From positions 50,406,001-50,470,000 of the forward strand of contig CM060733.1 of assembly GCA_030704615.1 (NCBI GenBank): a stretch of DNA of 64,000 nt, given 5' to 3'. Within the stretch, counting starts at the first letter, position 1. Every line of letters starts with the position of its first letter. The position numbers were made by a program, and so were the translations under genes. The notes below the pieces were generated by a model. It saw only the letters and a program-made list of their open reading frames with translations. It had not been told where the DNA came from and made no database searches. This DNA comes from Takakia lepidozioides (lineage: Eukaryota; Plantae; Bryophyta). Below are positions 51,601 through 64,000 of this stretch, piece after piece.

Positions 51601-53814
51601 CCTGTCTTGTTATGTCAGATTAGGATCTCAAGTCTGAAGTCGTGCACACAGGGAGTTTTTGGGCAATGCCACTATAGACAACTTTGCTTTTGTGTTGTGT
51701 ACATCTATGAACATTGACACAACAAGTCCTAGGCAGCCTATGCTCGGATATACAAGGGCAACATTCATGTAATTGCGGCTATAGCATAGTTGTGGTGTAG
51801 AGCTACTTGGATGAGGCAAGGCATTGTGAGGGATCTAGAGATAGGGTAGGGTGTGTTTGACAATATGGTTGAATGAGCTGTGGTCTCCTTGAGTATTATG
51901 AATTTCGTTAACATAGGCTCAAATTCAAGCTATGGTCTATCCTCTGTTTGGAAGGCCGGGGGATGGGAATTCCTCTTCTAACACTTGTAGGCATGTGAGG
52001 ATGCTATGTGTGCACCAAAGAGGCTCTACAGACTTTAAACCAAGGAGGCGATTCAGCAGATTCAAATGCCTACAACATTTCAGTACATCAAAGTTTCAGT
52101 ATTTCAATATCTCAATCAAGATTTTCAGCCAGTATTTCAGTAATTCAGCCAGATTTTCAGCAAGTATTTTGATATTTCAGCTAGTTCTTCCGCAAGTATT
52201 TCAATATCTTTCACCAAGCATCTCAATATTTTAATAATTAATAAATCTGCAGATGTAATATCATACATCAATATTTAATTCATACATCAATAAAGTTTGG
52301 TCAAGGTCTCTGTCCCCGAGTACTTTATACAAATAAATAAATAAATAATTTTTTTCTCTTATGCATAACATGTTTAAATATAGTTTGAATATGTGATTAC
52401 CTTATTTTAACATAATATTTTAAGGATTTCTTCTGACTTTTACGGTGGAGCCATTACACGACTAGCCGCTTGTTTTGTTTTGTTTTGTTTATCACCGGGA
52501 GATCTTCCAAACTACAGGGTCTCTCGCCACAATTTTAGTACCGTTGGAAAGCCCTCGATGAGTAGTGCACTGACTTGCAATTATAAATAATTTTGGTCGC
52601 TGAAAATTCAAATAAATTACAAAATCTAGTGTTTAAACGTCCAGGAGACCCGAAACGGGTTTCAAGGCCCATTTAAATGTAAATTGCGTTCTCAGATTTG
52701 CTTCAGATTGTATGAAATTAGTGCCATTGAGTTGGCCCCATTGTGCACTGCCAAGATTGGGCAATTGATTGTCCTAATTTCGAGTTAAAACAAAGTTGTC
52801 TCCTCAACAAGCAAGGGCCCGGGTCAGGTTTTGATGAAGGTAATTTTGTCTTTTTGATGTGAAGATTACTTCACACACTTATGTGTGTGTGTTAATTAAA
52901 GGATTTGACCAGGTTTGACCAAGTGGCACCACTAGATGTGTTGGCCAAGTTGGATGGTTTTTGGGCGATTTTTGGCTTCTTGAATGAGGGATCCCAAGAG
53001 GATGAAGCCTGCCAAATCTTACCTCAATTGAGATTATGCTGTTTTCTTAAAACTTTGATGGATGCAAAAATGATTCTAGTACATAGTAAGAGAGTTTTTA
53101 ATTAGATAGGTTCAGGTTCCAAATTTTTATTTTCTAAGGGGACCCTGCTTGCAGAGCCCACCAAAAGGAGGCGTAATAAAATGGAACCCTTACCCTCTTT
53201 ATATAGTCTTTGGAGGCGGTGGTGGAACCTTCTAGAGGGGGGCCCACCGCTGCTTCTGGAAGGTGGGCCCCATCCCATCCTCAATATAAAAACCCAGTGT
53301 CTAGTGTCTACCTCCCATGGACCCCTGCTTCTAGGCGTACCCCCCCTTGCTTCTATGCGTACAGGTGTGTGGAGCCATTTCCCTCCTCTCCAAGCCTCCC
53401 GTCGGCCCACTGATTGGCTCTTCCCACATTGTCGGGTTGCCAACTCTCCCCCCAATCGATCGTGGGTATATGGAGTTGATCCCGTTACTCAAATCTTTAA
53501 AAAAATGCTAAACAACGTCGTGTTTCTCCAATGGGCCCCAATAATGGGTCCCACATTCAGCGCTCTGTTTTGTGGATAGGGGGTGGGTACAAGAGGAAGA
53601 TACGCACATAATGTGCAGTCAATTTTAAAAAGTCAAATTTCTTAAAAAAAATCACTGCAGGGGTCTTTTTTTAAAAACAAATCAAACTAGGGCACTTAGC
53701 GTTTAAGGGTTAACATATGAGACGTACTTGGATACATTAGAAATTTGCACTTGGTCTTAGATTTCAATTCTTCACACATGGGCCAACGGCACAAGCTACC
53801 CTAATCAATATATG

Positions 53815-54250
53815 AAGCAAGATATTTTGTTTGTTTGTTTTGTTTTGTAGCGTTGAGATGTCCCAAACCGAGGGGCCCAACCCTCATGCTTGATACCGTT
53901 GGAAAGCCCTCAATGAGGAGGAGGGCTGCAACGGCTTGGTCTCATGATTTTTGGACCTGCGGTGTGGGAGATATGGAATTTCAAGTACTTTTGGTCGCTG
54001 GAAATCGTGAAAAATAGCAAAGTGGGCTTTCCTGGACCAATGATTGGCCCTTCATTTCACTTTTGTGCATGTGGAAGTAGATGTAAATTGGGCTCTTTTT
54101 TTCAAATATTGGCGTTCACAATATTGTTTGTAATGTCGTTGAGATCTCCCAAAGCGTGGGCCTTAAGGCCCACGCTTTTAGTACCGTTGAAAAGCCCTCG
54201 ATGATGAGTAGGGGTGCACCGACTTGGTTTCACAAATTTTTGACCTGCAG
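53815..54250 (+). repeat. Two R2-family copies (another partial copy at ~52470-52612)
   Basis: The core GTTGAGAT.TCCCAAA..TACCGTTG.AAAGCCCTC.ATGA is repeated. Confidence 0.75.
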
Positions 54251-54908
54251 GCTGAGAATTATAGAATCATGATCGCCGAAAAATTCAACTATATATATAT
54301 ATATATATATAAAGGAAACACATGAGAGCGACAGCTCACAAATCAGGCCCCTTAATATAATAGTGAGAGGATACATATGAAATTGCACTTGGGCTTAGAT
54401 TTCATTTCTTCACACATGGGCCAACGGACGCTACCCTACATGAGAGGCGTTGCGCCGTAGTCAAGTCAATGCTGCTATATTAGGAACCATGAGGCGTCTT
54501 CAATCAGGACATGCCAGATGGCACCGGGTAATTTGTACCGACAGATATATAGGCGGAGTCAACCAGGGTGAGCTGGCAGCTCTGATAGATCTCCGACTGC
54601 GAGATCTGTTGTGGGAGGCTTCACCGACTAACTTAGTACCTAAAGATTTTCCAGCTTTTTACCTTTGTGTTTTTAGGAATCTTCTGGAACAGAATTTCCC
54701 GATGCAGGGTGTTACAGGGAAATTCCCTTACGGGCAATGTCCCTGTAAGGGTGGGAGTCACTGGCCCGAGCCTGGTACTTCCGCTTGTTTCTTTTTGTGT
54801 CTCTCTCAGAATTGACAGAGATGTTGAATACACAGCATATACACTGTTGTGGTTGTGTATGCCAAGGAGAGTAGGTAGGTCGGCACAAGAAAGAGAGTAT
54901 TGTGTGTA

Positions 54909-57900
54909 ATGAAGATGGGTCTGGAAATTTTGGTGCTGGTGCTGCTATCGTGGATGATGGGGGACATACATGGCGACAACACTACGAGTGCCAAGGACTA
55001 CATCGCATCAAAAGAAGCTGGAGTGCAGCAAATAGCAGGAAATGCTGCCAATTTCGCTACTGGTTGCGGTATTCTTTCATTGCTCTACTTCGACTCTCAG
55101 CTGCCTGTTTTCTTGACTGTTTCTAGATCCATGTCTTCGTCTTTGTTTTTTCATACTCCGATGTTTTCCAGTTCAGCGTGTAAACTTTCTTGATGACGGC
55201 ATTCGATGAGGTCGCGGCAATTGGGAATCTTGGAGCTGAGCCTTGGGTATTTTGGGGGGGCCAGATGTTCAGAGCTGTTTCGACCACCCTTCCAGGCTTT
55301 CGTGTTCTCCGCAACAGGGCGACCTGACGAGCGACTCGTATAAGTGTATGGATGTGCCGATCAATCCGATCAATCGGGAGTGCAGTGCCCACAGCAACCA
55401 GACATGCGCGCAGATGTTCTTAAACTTTAAAGAAAGTTTTGTGCGGTGAGCTGCCATTGACCCGTTGATTCTCTCTCTCCCCTCCTCCCACTTGTTCCGC
55501 CCAAACTGGGAGCGGGGTCTATAGCCTCAAGGCTCCGGCAAGAAAGTCGTATGACTACATTTTCTCCCCCTCCCACAGACGCACACACGAACACACCTCA
55601 GGTCTCCTCTTTTCTTATACTATTCCTCCCTCTCCTTTTAACCTTTGACAGTATTTCTGCCACCCGAAAGTCTTGTTTGAGGCACACACAATTAGCTGGT
55701 CTCAAGTCTCATACAAAGCTCGACACCAAATGTTCGTTATATTGTACGAACAAGAAAGTTTGCACTGTGTTAAATTCTGCGAAAGTCAGAAAGTCAGAGG
55801 TCGTAATTTGTCTTTCCAGGGGACAACCAGCATGTAGCCCAGTGATAATGGGCACATACCACGTTGGATGTGGTTGGGGGTTCAAACCACCGTCTGGTGT
55901 GTCATGAAGGTGTCCACCTTTCAGCTGGAAGGCAGTAGCCCTTGTGGTGAAGAGACACCATAATTTACACACCCTTCGGGAGGTGTCTATATATATTTTT
56001 CTTTCCAGGGTTTGTGGGTTTTGCTGGACGTCTAGTCAAGCAGCCTCTGAGGAATCTCAAGTTTCACGCGCCAGACAATCTGAGCGATTGATCCACAGTC
56101 AGAGATCAGTAGCAGTTGACCGGAAGTTGAAGTCCATATACTACGAGACCCCAGCCTACTATGTTGCCAGCAAATGAAGGATTGATCAAGATCCACTGGA
56201 GCTGGAGCTAACAGTTCTAGCGCCTGTTGAATCTCCGTATCTCAATGATTTGCTTAAAAAGCCCTATGTTGGCAGCAATGGGCAGTACTGGATGTCAAAC
56301 TTACCTGCTTAATCATGTTTTTCAAAATTACCTTGGCGTAATTTGGTTTCCTGTAGCCCTTGCATGGTGGATAGCTTTCATTCATTCATAGCTAATGGAT
56401 ACATACCAATTGTTTCACCATTGTGACCCATTTTGTATCCTTTGCCATGGGTGCTGGTTTCTGTCCAGCTGTCTATAGTAAACATAAAGCCTTTCCCCAA
56501 ATGTGTTCAAAGAAACGGAAATGGTGCTTCTAGTGGGTAAAGTTGATGTGAAAAACCCTGCTGTTTTGGTTTCGTTTGACCATACTTGAGCACAATGGGA
56601 AGGAAGCCTGCGATGTGTTTCTGTATCATGGATGATCTTGGAACTGCAGAACTTGTTGTTCCTCTCTTCTGGGAGCCTGGCTGATGGTTTGTCTGTTGAT
56701 GCAAGGTTAATTTTACATGCAGGCTTCCACCGCCTTTCAACGGAACAAATTTAAGCTCGGAACTCGTCGAATCAATCTGTGTCCAACATCAGCTGGATGG
56801 GACTTTCTCTAACCTGGCAAGCAGTAAAGACTCCTTGGTTCTTACAGCGTGGCATTATTTTGGATCTGTCGGGGGTGACTGGCGGGTCTTTCCTGGCCGA
56901 GTATGCTTCATTTCCCAATTTTTGCAAGCAAGTTATCATAGTCAGGAGCTTCTACGTAGTTGAGGAGGTGCATCTGAAAATGTTAAGGCTCAGCTTCAGC
57001 AGCTTCAAGGCTCCTCATGATGACATCGTCTCTGAAATTGACTTGCTTTTGTCGATGTATGCAGGAGACAAATCCTGATGGTAACTGCAGGAACTACGAT
57101 CCCCGCAAAAGGCCTTGGTAAACGTAACTTACAATGATAGTGATGGCGATAATGTGTTGTATTCCAGATTTGGTGGGTGAATTATCAAATTCCTAACCTT
57201 AGCGAATTTCGGGGTTTTGCATAGGTATGTTGGTGCAACATCTGTTGTGAAGGATCTAGTGGTTCTTTTGGATACCGGACAAACAAGTGATGACACTTTT
57301 GCAGCTGCCCAACATGCTGTCATTGAGCTTTTTGACACTTTTGCTGCAAACGATAGTGTCAACGTTGTGACATTTGATTCTTTTCAGGCAGCATCCTTGG
57401 CCAGTCAGTCGGTAATTTCTGAACTCCCCTCCTCTCTGTTTCTTTCCATTCCCAAAGTGGGTGTGATGTCAATGAGCACTAGGCTATGCAAATTTCCTGC
57501 ATTGAAGGGTCTAACTTGTGTTAGGAAAAATATGTGGCATACTATGCGTGCTTACCTTTGATTAGAATCACTGGGTGCACAAGCACGACTTATCGTAAGT
57601 TCAACAAGCTACTGCTTCGTTAACCTTTATCCAGGAAAAATTGTGTGCTCAACAGATCTCAGTTCAGACGGCAGATCCAACTTCGACTTCCAGTGTGTCG
57701 CACCCAGAGTTGGACAAGTTGGTGCAGGGGGTTTCCACCTTGCAAAACAAGATGGGCGGCTATTCCAACATCAGCCAAGCCTTTCAGCAAGCGCTCTCGA
57801 CTTTCAGTGCAGATAGTCTTCTCAAAGTAAAACCTTTCCCTGGGACAACCTCCTTGTCAAGTTCTTTTGATGTATTCATTCTGGTTTTCCTAGGGAGTTC

Positions 57901-60214
57901 TACTGCCCCATGGGCCCTTGTGGCTCTCAGTGGACGTTGGAAAGTTTCTTTCTTAAAATACCATTTCATTTTTCTCTTTTCTTTCTCTTTTCTTCCATTT
58001 TGTCCCATAAGCTCTACGAGCTTTCCGCGGACGTTATAAAGCACCATTTCATTTCATTTCATTTCTCTTCTTTTGAATGACAACAGCCCCATCCACCCCA
58101 CCTGAATAACTATAATTGCACTCCTTTGGAGTTCTCATCTCCTCTTGTCCGTGATGTCCAGTTTGTCCTCGGGCCTTGTGCACATTACAAAGTTCCTTCT
58201 TTCTACTGTCCTTGGGCACTGCAGGCCTCCTGTGGTTTCCAAAACGAGGCACAATGTCTTTGGCATGGTGTGATTTCTTCTGAAGTTGTTTTGTTGTTAC
58301 TTGTCGAGGCGCCATTGAGGCCCACTGTGGATGTTGGAACCCCCCCTTCACTTAGCATCCTATCTGCATGAGGCAATGTGTCTTCATGAAATTTTGGGGT
58401 TCAATTTATTTCTTGGTTTTTTTGGTTCTACTGTGTCTGTTTTACTGTATCCGTAGGGCCATTTGATCCCGTGGACGTTAAGTAGATTCTATCTTCTTTC
58501 TGGATGTTATAAAGTCTTTCGTTCCTTCTTCTTTCCTCTCCTGTGCAATACTATCGATTAGTCTTGTGTTTGTTCTTGAAATCTGAGGTTTTGGTTGCAA
58601 CGTCCCCAGACATTCATAGCAAGTTCCAAACCATCTCCTCTTTGGTTTTGTGCATTAGTTTTCCATTCAAAAGAGAATATGAGCTCCATTTGTTGATGCT
58701 TATGGTCATCTACAAAGAATGATGGGGGTCTAAGTAGTTGAAACAGCCGTTTTTGACACCTTTGTTACAAACAGATCCTTCCATGATCACCAAAATTTCG
58801 TCTGAGGAGCTTGTACTGTCCAAGGGGAAGCCATGTGGGAAAGGGACTGTATTGCTGTTGACATTGAAACAATCTCTCATAATGGTGCAGAAGTTGATTT
58901 TGTGCATTGGACACAATGAGAGGCCAATTTTCTAAGCCGCTGATACTAGTAAAATGTGTATGGAGTTTTACGTAGATTTTTTGTTCTCAGAAGCTTCTCA
59001 TAGTTTATTGATGGGGATGATGGTGCACAAGTGCTCTGAGATTTCAATAACAGGATGACAAACAACAGTTTTTTGTCTGTACAGATCATTGTGGTGTTCA
59101 CTGATGGGAATTTTGCTGCAAGTCCGGAATACCCCAATCAAAAGCTGCACGTCATCGCCCTACTTACTATGACCAATGTCACAGTATTCTTCTACAGCCT
59201 GAGCCCTGGTAATACAAACAATGCTGAAGCAGAGCTTCAAATCCTGTCCTGCCTTGTGCATGGCTCCTATACGAGCGTTAATGTTTCTGATGTGACAACC
59301 AACCCACTTTGGGCCATTCGCTCTTACTTCGACTACAATGCAAACCTGCATTTTCAGAACGACAGTGCTCCCTATTGGACACCTACATACCGGGACTTTG
59401 ATTATATTGGCAATGTCTCCACTGTTGCGTATCCAGGTGGGATAGAAGATACAACTTAAACTCTTTGGCACTTAGATAGTGAAGACCTTCAGTGAGGTAT
59501 GCAAAAATTAAACAGACCTAATAATTGGAGGGATGATAATGCCCATTAGACTTTGCTTGATTTAACAATGTTGCCATGGACTCCACGCATGTTGGTATGG
59601 AGAAGACAGGTAGGAATGAAATGAAATGAAATGAACTGGTACCTTATAACGTCCATGGAGAGCTCAAAGAGCTTATGGGACAAAATGGAAAAAAACAAGA
59701 GAGAGGAAACAAAACCAGAGCCAGAAAAAGAAAGAAAGAAACATATTATGAGAATAAAGGCTAGTGGAGAGGGGGGCTGGGGAGTGGGGTCGGGAACAGG
59801 GCAGAAAGGGGTCGACTATCATTGCAGAAGTCCAATAGTTGGTCTCAATTTCAACCTGGAGTAGGGCTTTGAGATAGGTTTACCAAGCATTGATGCTGGA
59901 GTGTCACCTGCAAATTAAGGCCCAAGGAGTGTCACACCTGGGCAGACAAAAAGAGGAGAGAGAGAAAGGGAAAAGGATGATTCACAACCTTCACACCCAA
60001 AAACAGTGAAGAAACAACTCTTGGCTAAAGCATCTCTTTGTGGGATATTAATGCAGCATTTGATGAAGAGAAGAGGCTCATTGGAGTAGCAGGCATTGAT
60101 GTGATCATGTATGCTCTTGAAGGACTAAGTGCTGATGTCGAAGCTCTTGTGAAGGATAAGGTCAAGCTGAATGGTATAACTGTTTCTGGGTCAAAATTGC
60201 CATGTCCACAGACG
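54909..60214 (+). CDS. Secreted/membrane alpha2delta- or CACHD1-like protein (signal peptide, dCache with inserted VWA domain); 5' part only, probably continuing past the window
   Basis: Exons 54909-55068, 55265-55445, 56723-56900, 57065-57117, 57225-57411, 57656-57826, 59085-59436, 60057-60214 join in frame via GT-AG. Motifs WHYFGSVGGDWRVFPG, YDPRKRPWY, KDLVVLLD, IIVVFTDG, WTPTYRD, LIGVAGIDV. Confidence 0.85.
55490..55543 (+). mobile_element. Isolated LINE 3'-terminal fragment
   Basis: TTGTTCCGCCCAAACTGGGAGCGGGGTCTATAGCCTCAAGGCTCCGGCAA matches the LINE 3' end at 63950-64000. Confidence 0.7.
55821..55990 (+). mobile_element. tRNA-derived SINE in intron 2 of the VWA-Cache gene
   Basis: A-box-like TAGCCCAGTGATAA (~55835), B box GGTTCAAACC (55879-55888), shared family body. 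Confidence 0.75.
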
Positions 60215-60529
60215 GTATGCATTTGAACATCAAGCATGTCTCTTTTTATTGTGTTTACAAATGTTGTGCAAGCTCTGGCTTTGTCCTAAATCAATGTCAT
60301 ATGGATGTAGATCTTGAAGGAAATCGGTGTCCATAGTTCCATGTAAGTACCCTCTTAAATATGAAATCTGTTCAGAATCTACTTTGTATGTGCACTGGTT
60401 ACAAAGGTATTGACTGAATCCTCTAGCCTTCAGCTTTCAATGATCTCTTTCTCTCTAAAAGTTCTCCTATATCCTTTCTTCCTTTTTCCGTTATAAAGTA
60501 CCATTTCATTTCCTTTTTTCTCCCTTTTA

Positions 60530-62150
60530 CTGGCTAAACTGTTTGGGGCAGTAGTGGCCATGGAACTGGATGATTGGGCTGAAGCGTCCCACCTGCGCGC
60601 TATTGAGCAAGCAGGCTTCCGTCACAACCGGTCCACTCTTGACCACATTTTCACTCTTCAGACTACGGTGGAACGAGCAAGCTATGATATAAAATTGGTT
60701 TATGTTTGCTTTGTGGACTTTCGAAAGGCTTTTGATTCAGTTGCTCGAGCCCTTCTTCTTCAAAGGCTCCACAGGATGGAAGTCCCTTCAGACATCCTAT
60801 ATGGCATCTTATCCATGTATGAGATTGTCGTTGGCATGGTCAAGGTTGCAGGAGAATGTTTGGCAGAAGTTCATAGCAGCATTGGCGTCAAACAGGGCTG
60901 CCCTCTCTCACCTATCCTTTTTGGGATCTATGTAGACGCTTTGGAGGAGTACATTCCAAAGAGTCATGGGGTAGGGATGCCTTTGGATGGTGGACCAACG
61001 CAATCAGTACTTCTCTACGCTGATGATGTTGCTCTCTTGGCACAATCTCCTTGTCTTCCTACAACGCCACCTTCGCATACTGGAAGACTGCTCCAAAGCC
61101 TATGGGCTGCAGGTCAATCTTAGCAAAACTAAGATCATGGTTTTCAATGGCCATGCGGGTTGCAGATTCCACTACAATCAGCAGGACTCAGAGGTTGTCA
61201 AATCCTATACGTACCTGGGTCTGGTTATTCACTCACCGAAATTCCAGTTTGCCTCAACCGCTATGGACAGATTGACGAAGGGTAGGCCTGCCTCCATCCG
61301 TCTTCAGGCAAAATGTAAACAGATACATCTGCGCCATCCCCCAACCCAAAAGTGGCTCCGATACCGTTGTCACCCCAGCCGCCACGTATGGCTGTGAGTT
61401 CTGGGCACCTGGTGGAGAATTTTTTTTGGAACCGCTGCAGTCATCTTTCTTCCAAACAATGCTTGGTGCTCGAGGCACAACTCCATCACACATTCTATGT
61501 GCGGAGTTTGCATGCGTGCCACTTCAAACCGAAGCTAGCTTCAGGCTTACAATCTTTCTTAAAAGGTTACAAGCCCTGAACCCCACAGGCTCACAGCAAG
61601 AGCCCTCAAAAACTGTACCAGGCTCGAAACAGCAGGCTTCAAGCCCTCCTGGTACGCACGGGTGTGCAGTGGACTCTGTTGCTTCCCTACTGCCACAACA
61701 TACAGAAGGGGTGGAAATTGCGTCCAAACAGGATCGCAACAGACGCATCAGAACTTACGGAACTTCATGTCAGGCGAACATGGAAGCCGGCCACTCTAAC
61801 AACAAAACTCCATTTCTATCAAGAGACATTCTTAGTTCTCCGTGATGAGAGAATCTCGCGGCCTAATTACTTATCTGCACCTTTATCTCCCTCTCTTCTG
61901 AGGGCATTGGGGCAATTCAGGGCGGGCTCCCACAATTTACAGATAGAGACTGGTAGATGGGACCGCCTATGCCCAATATGGACGGGGCCCAACTTATGTA
62001 TCGAAACTGAAGAACACTTCTTTTACTGCCCTCTTTACTATGATCCGTAGGAGATTCCACTCCCTGCTCCATGAAACCCAATCTCTCACACAAGTCTTCC
62101 ATTATGAGGATCAGAAATGCTTGGCAGCTTATCTGCATGAAGCTTTGACC
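60530..62150 (+). mobile_element. 5'-truncated, frameshifted non-LTR retrotransposon (LINE) RT region
   Basis: QAGFRHNRSTLDHIF, FVDFRKAFDSV, GVKQGCPLSP, LLYADDVAL, YTYLG; C-terminal IETGRW..C..ETEEHF..CP. Confidence 0.9.
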
Positions 62151-62269
62151 CTTAGTCAATCCCTTTAGCATAGTTGCTTTTGGGCTGCTTCTGGCTTCAC
62201 TCTCTCTTATTCTGGCAAGACATTCTGCAGATTTATAAGTACTCGTCTTGAGGTTGATCTGGAGTCTAG

Positions 62270-64000
62270 AGGTTGTTTCCAAGCTGGCTTTCGGCGAAAC
62301 AGGGGCTGTGTGGATCATATCTTCACTCTAAGTCAGATTATCTAGGGAAGGAAAAAAGAAGGGAAACCCACTTAAGTTTTTTTTCCTGGATGTCAAAAAG
62401 GCTTATGACACAGTGTGGAGGGATGGCCTATGGTTCCGCCTCTGGTCTTGTGGGATCAAGGGAAAGATGTGGAGAATTGTCCACAACTTGTATGCTCACA
62501 CCAAAAGCTGTGTCACTGTTAACGGACAGAAGTCCAACTTCTTTGACATAGACCAAGGTGTAGCTCAAGGATGTACTCTCTCCCCTCTGCTCTTCAATGT
62601 TTTCATCAATCAACTCCTCGAGGATGTGGAAAGGGAGGGATTTGGGTTAAGGGTGGGTGATACCACCATACCAGCCCTTATGTTTGCGGATGACTTCGCA
62701 GGCATAGGGGAGACTCCAACCAATCTCCAGGAGTTGATTGATTGCGCGAAGAGATACTTTGATCTTTGGGGGCTAGAGGCTAATGTCAGCAAATGTGCAG
62801 TGGTAGCATTCAACGACAGAGGAGAGGGAGGAAGTGATCTTAAGTGGCAGTGGGGTAGCCAAGAGATCCCGGTCCTCCCTTCCTACACTTAGCTGGGCGT
62901 TGAGTTCTCCTCCAATTGTAATTGGGATGCTCATATCCGTTCAAACTGGCAAGGGCAAAGCTCTGGGGCTCACTAAATTTTTCCACTGCAGAGGGGTCAA
63001 CTCTGAGGTTAGGAAAACCATGCTTTGTTGCGTTATTACACCTGCCTTGGAGTACGGATCTGCTATATGGGTTGATAACTCCAACCAGGCTAAGTCTCTA
63101 GAATCCATTCAAGTGGGGGTGCTTAAGGAGTGTATGTCAGCATGCTCCAAAACAGCCAATGTGGCTGTTCGGGGTGAGTTTGGCATTCCGTCCTTAAGCT
63201 CCCGATGAGATGAATTCAATCAGATGGTGGGGTCAGCTGCAACATATGCCCAACACCAGATATCCTAAGTTAATCGACCCTATATCTTGGAAACAGGACT
63301 GCCCTGTCAAACAGGCTAACTCCTGGCAGAAGAGAGTAGAAGAGATTCTCAAGGACCTGGACCTGGATCCGCAAGTCTTGACCCTGCTGGATAAATCTGA
63401 CTTAGAGGCTGTAGTGTCCAAAGCCATGTCTGTTGCCATGAGATTGTCTGATGAAAATGAAGTTAGGCAGAAAACTTCCCTGAACTTGTTTCCAGTCAGT
63501 GACATGGGGGAGGACATCTTGGATGACCTCAAGGGTCTACCCACTCTCGGCACTAGACTGAAATTTAAACTCAGGGCAGGAAGCCTACCTTTGAACAGCA
63601 AACAGAAGCAGAGAGGAAAGGGAGAGTGCAATTGCCGTTGTGTGGGCAATCTGAAGACAGTATTCATTTTCTGACACACTGTCCGGGGTTCTCTCACCAA
63701 AGAGACGCTCTCTTCAAATCTATCAAGGGAATTGTGCCTGTACCCCTGTTTACCAACTTTGAAAGTCTCGAGGCTGAGCCAAAAGCCCAGGCCCTCCTGA
63801 GGCCTAGTTTTTGGGCAAATCACACACAGCAGATTGATGCTTGTGTGAAGGGATTTCTAGAGGATATCTGGAAAACCCGGATTAATTCTATATATGAAGG
63901 TAAGTCTTACTACCAACGTCAGCCCCTGCAGAGGTAGGTTCTGTCCCTTTTGTTCCCGCTCAAACTGGGCGCGGGGTCAATGGCCACAAGGCTACGGCAA
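62270..64000 (+). mobile_element. Second 5'-truncated LINE (different family) including its 3' end
   Basis: QAGFRRNRGCVDHIF, DVKKAYDTVWRDGL, GVAQGCTLSPLLF, LMFADDF; C-terminal EDSIHFLTHCP; stop at 63937, then a structured 3' tail. Confidence 0.9.

Noticed and set aside
55821-55900. Genuine tRNA gene
   Set aside because: A/B boxes are present but no convincing cloverleaf; multiple diverged copies share a non-tRNA body, indicating a SINE.

Overview
Intron-rich eukaryotic genomic DNA, most likely from a non-flowering land plant (bryophyte-like). This is inferred from the gene content and repeat landscape, not proven. Host genes: a 13-exon cytosolic glutamine synthetase (7097-11928 +), mitochondrial ribosomal protein uL15m (23044-25795 -, with a GC-AG intron), a 10-exon DXS (33268-38706 +), and the first 8 exons of a secreted alpha2delta/CACHD1-like VWA-dCache protein (54909 to >60214 +). 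Intergenic and intronic DNA holds a decayed Copia interrupted by a CACTA element, hAT-, Tc1/mariner- and piggyBac-like MITEs, a tRNA-derived SINE family, LINE fragments and two pseudogene relics. The standout is a decayed 9.5-kb Gypsy-type retroelement (42126-51600, 4-bp CCTG TSD). Its polyprotein carries a DNMT3-like C5 cytosine methyltransferase after the protease and a PHD finger after the DDE integrase. Instead of two ordinary LTRs it has split direct repeats (A1...B1-A2-B2) with a palindromic B-A junction, an architecture normally associated with tyrosine-recombinase retroelements. All alignments and translations were done by eye.
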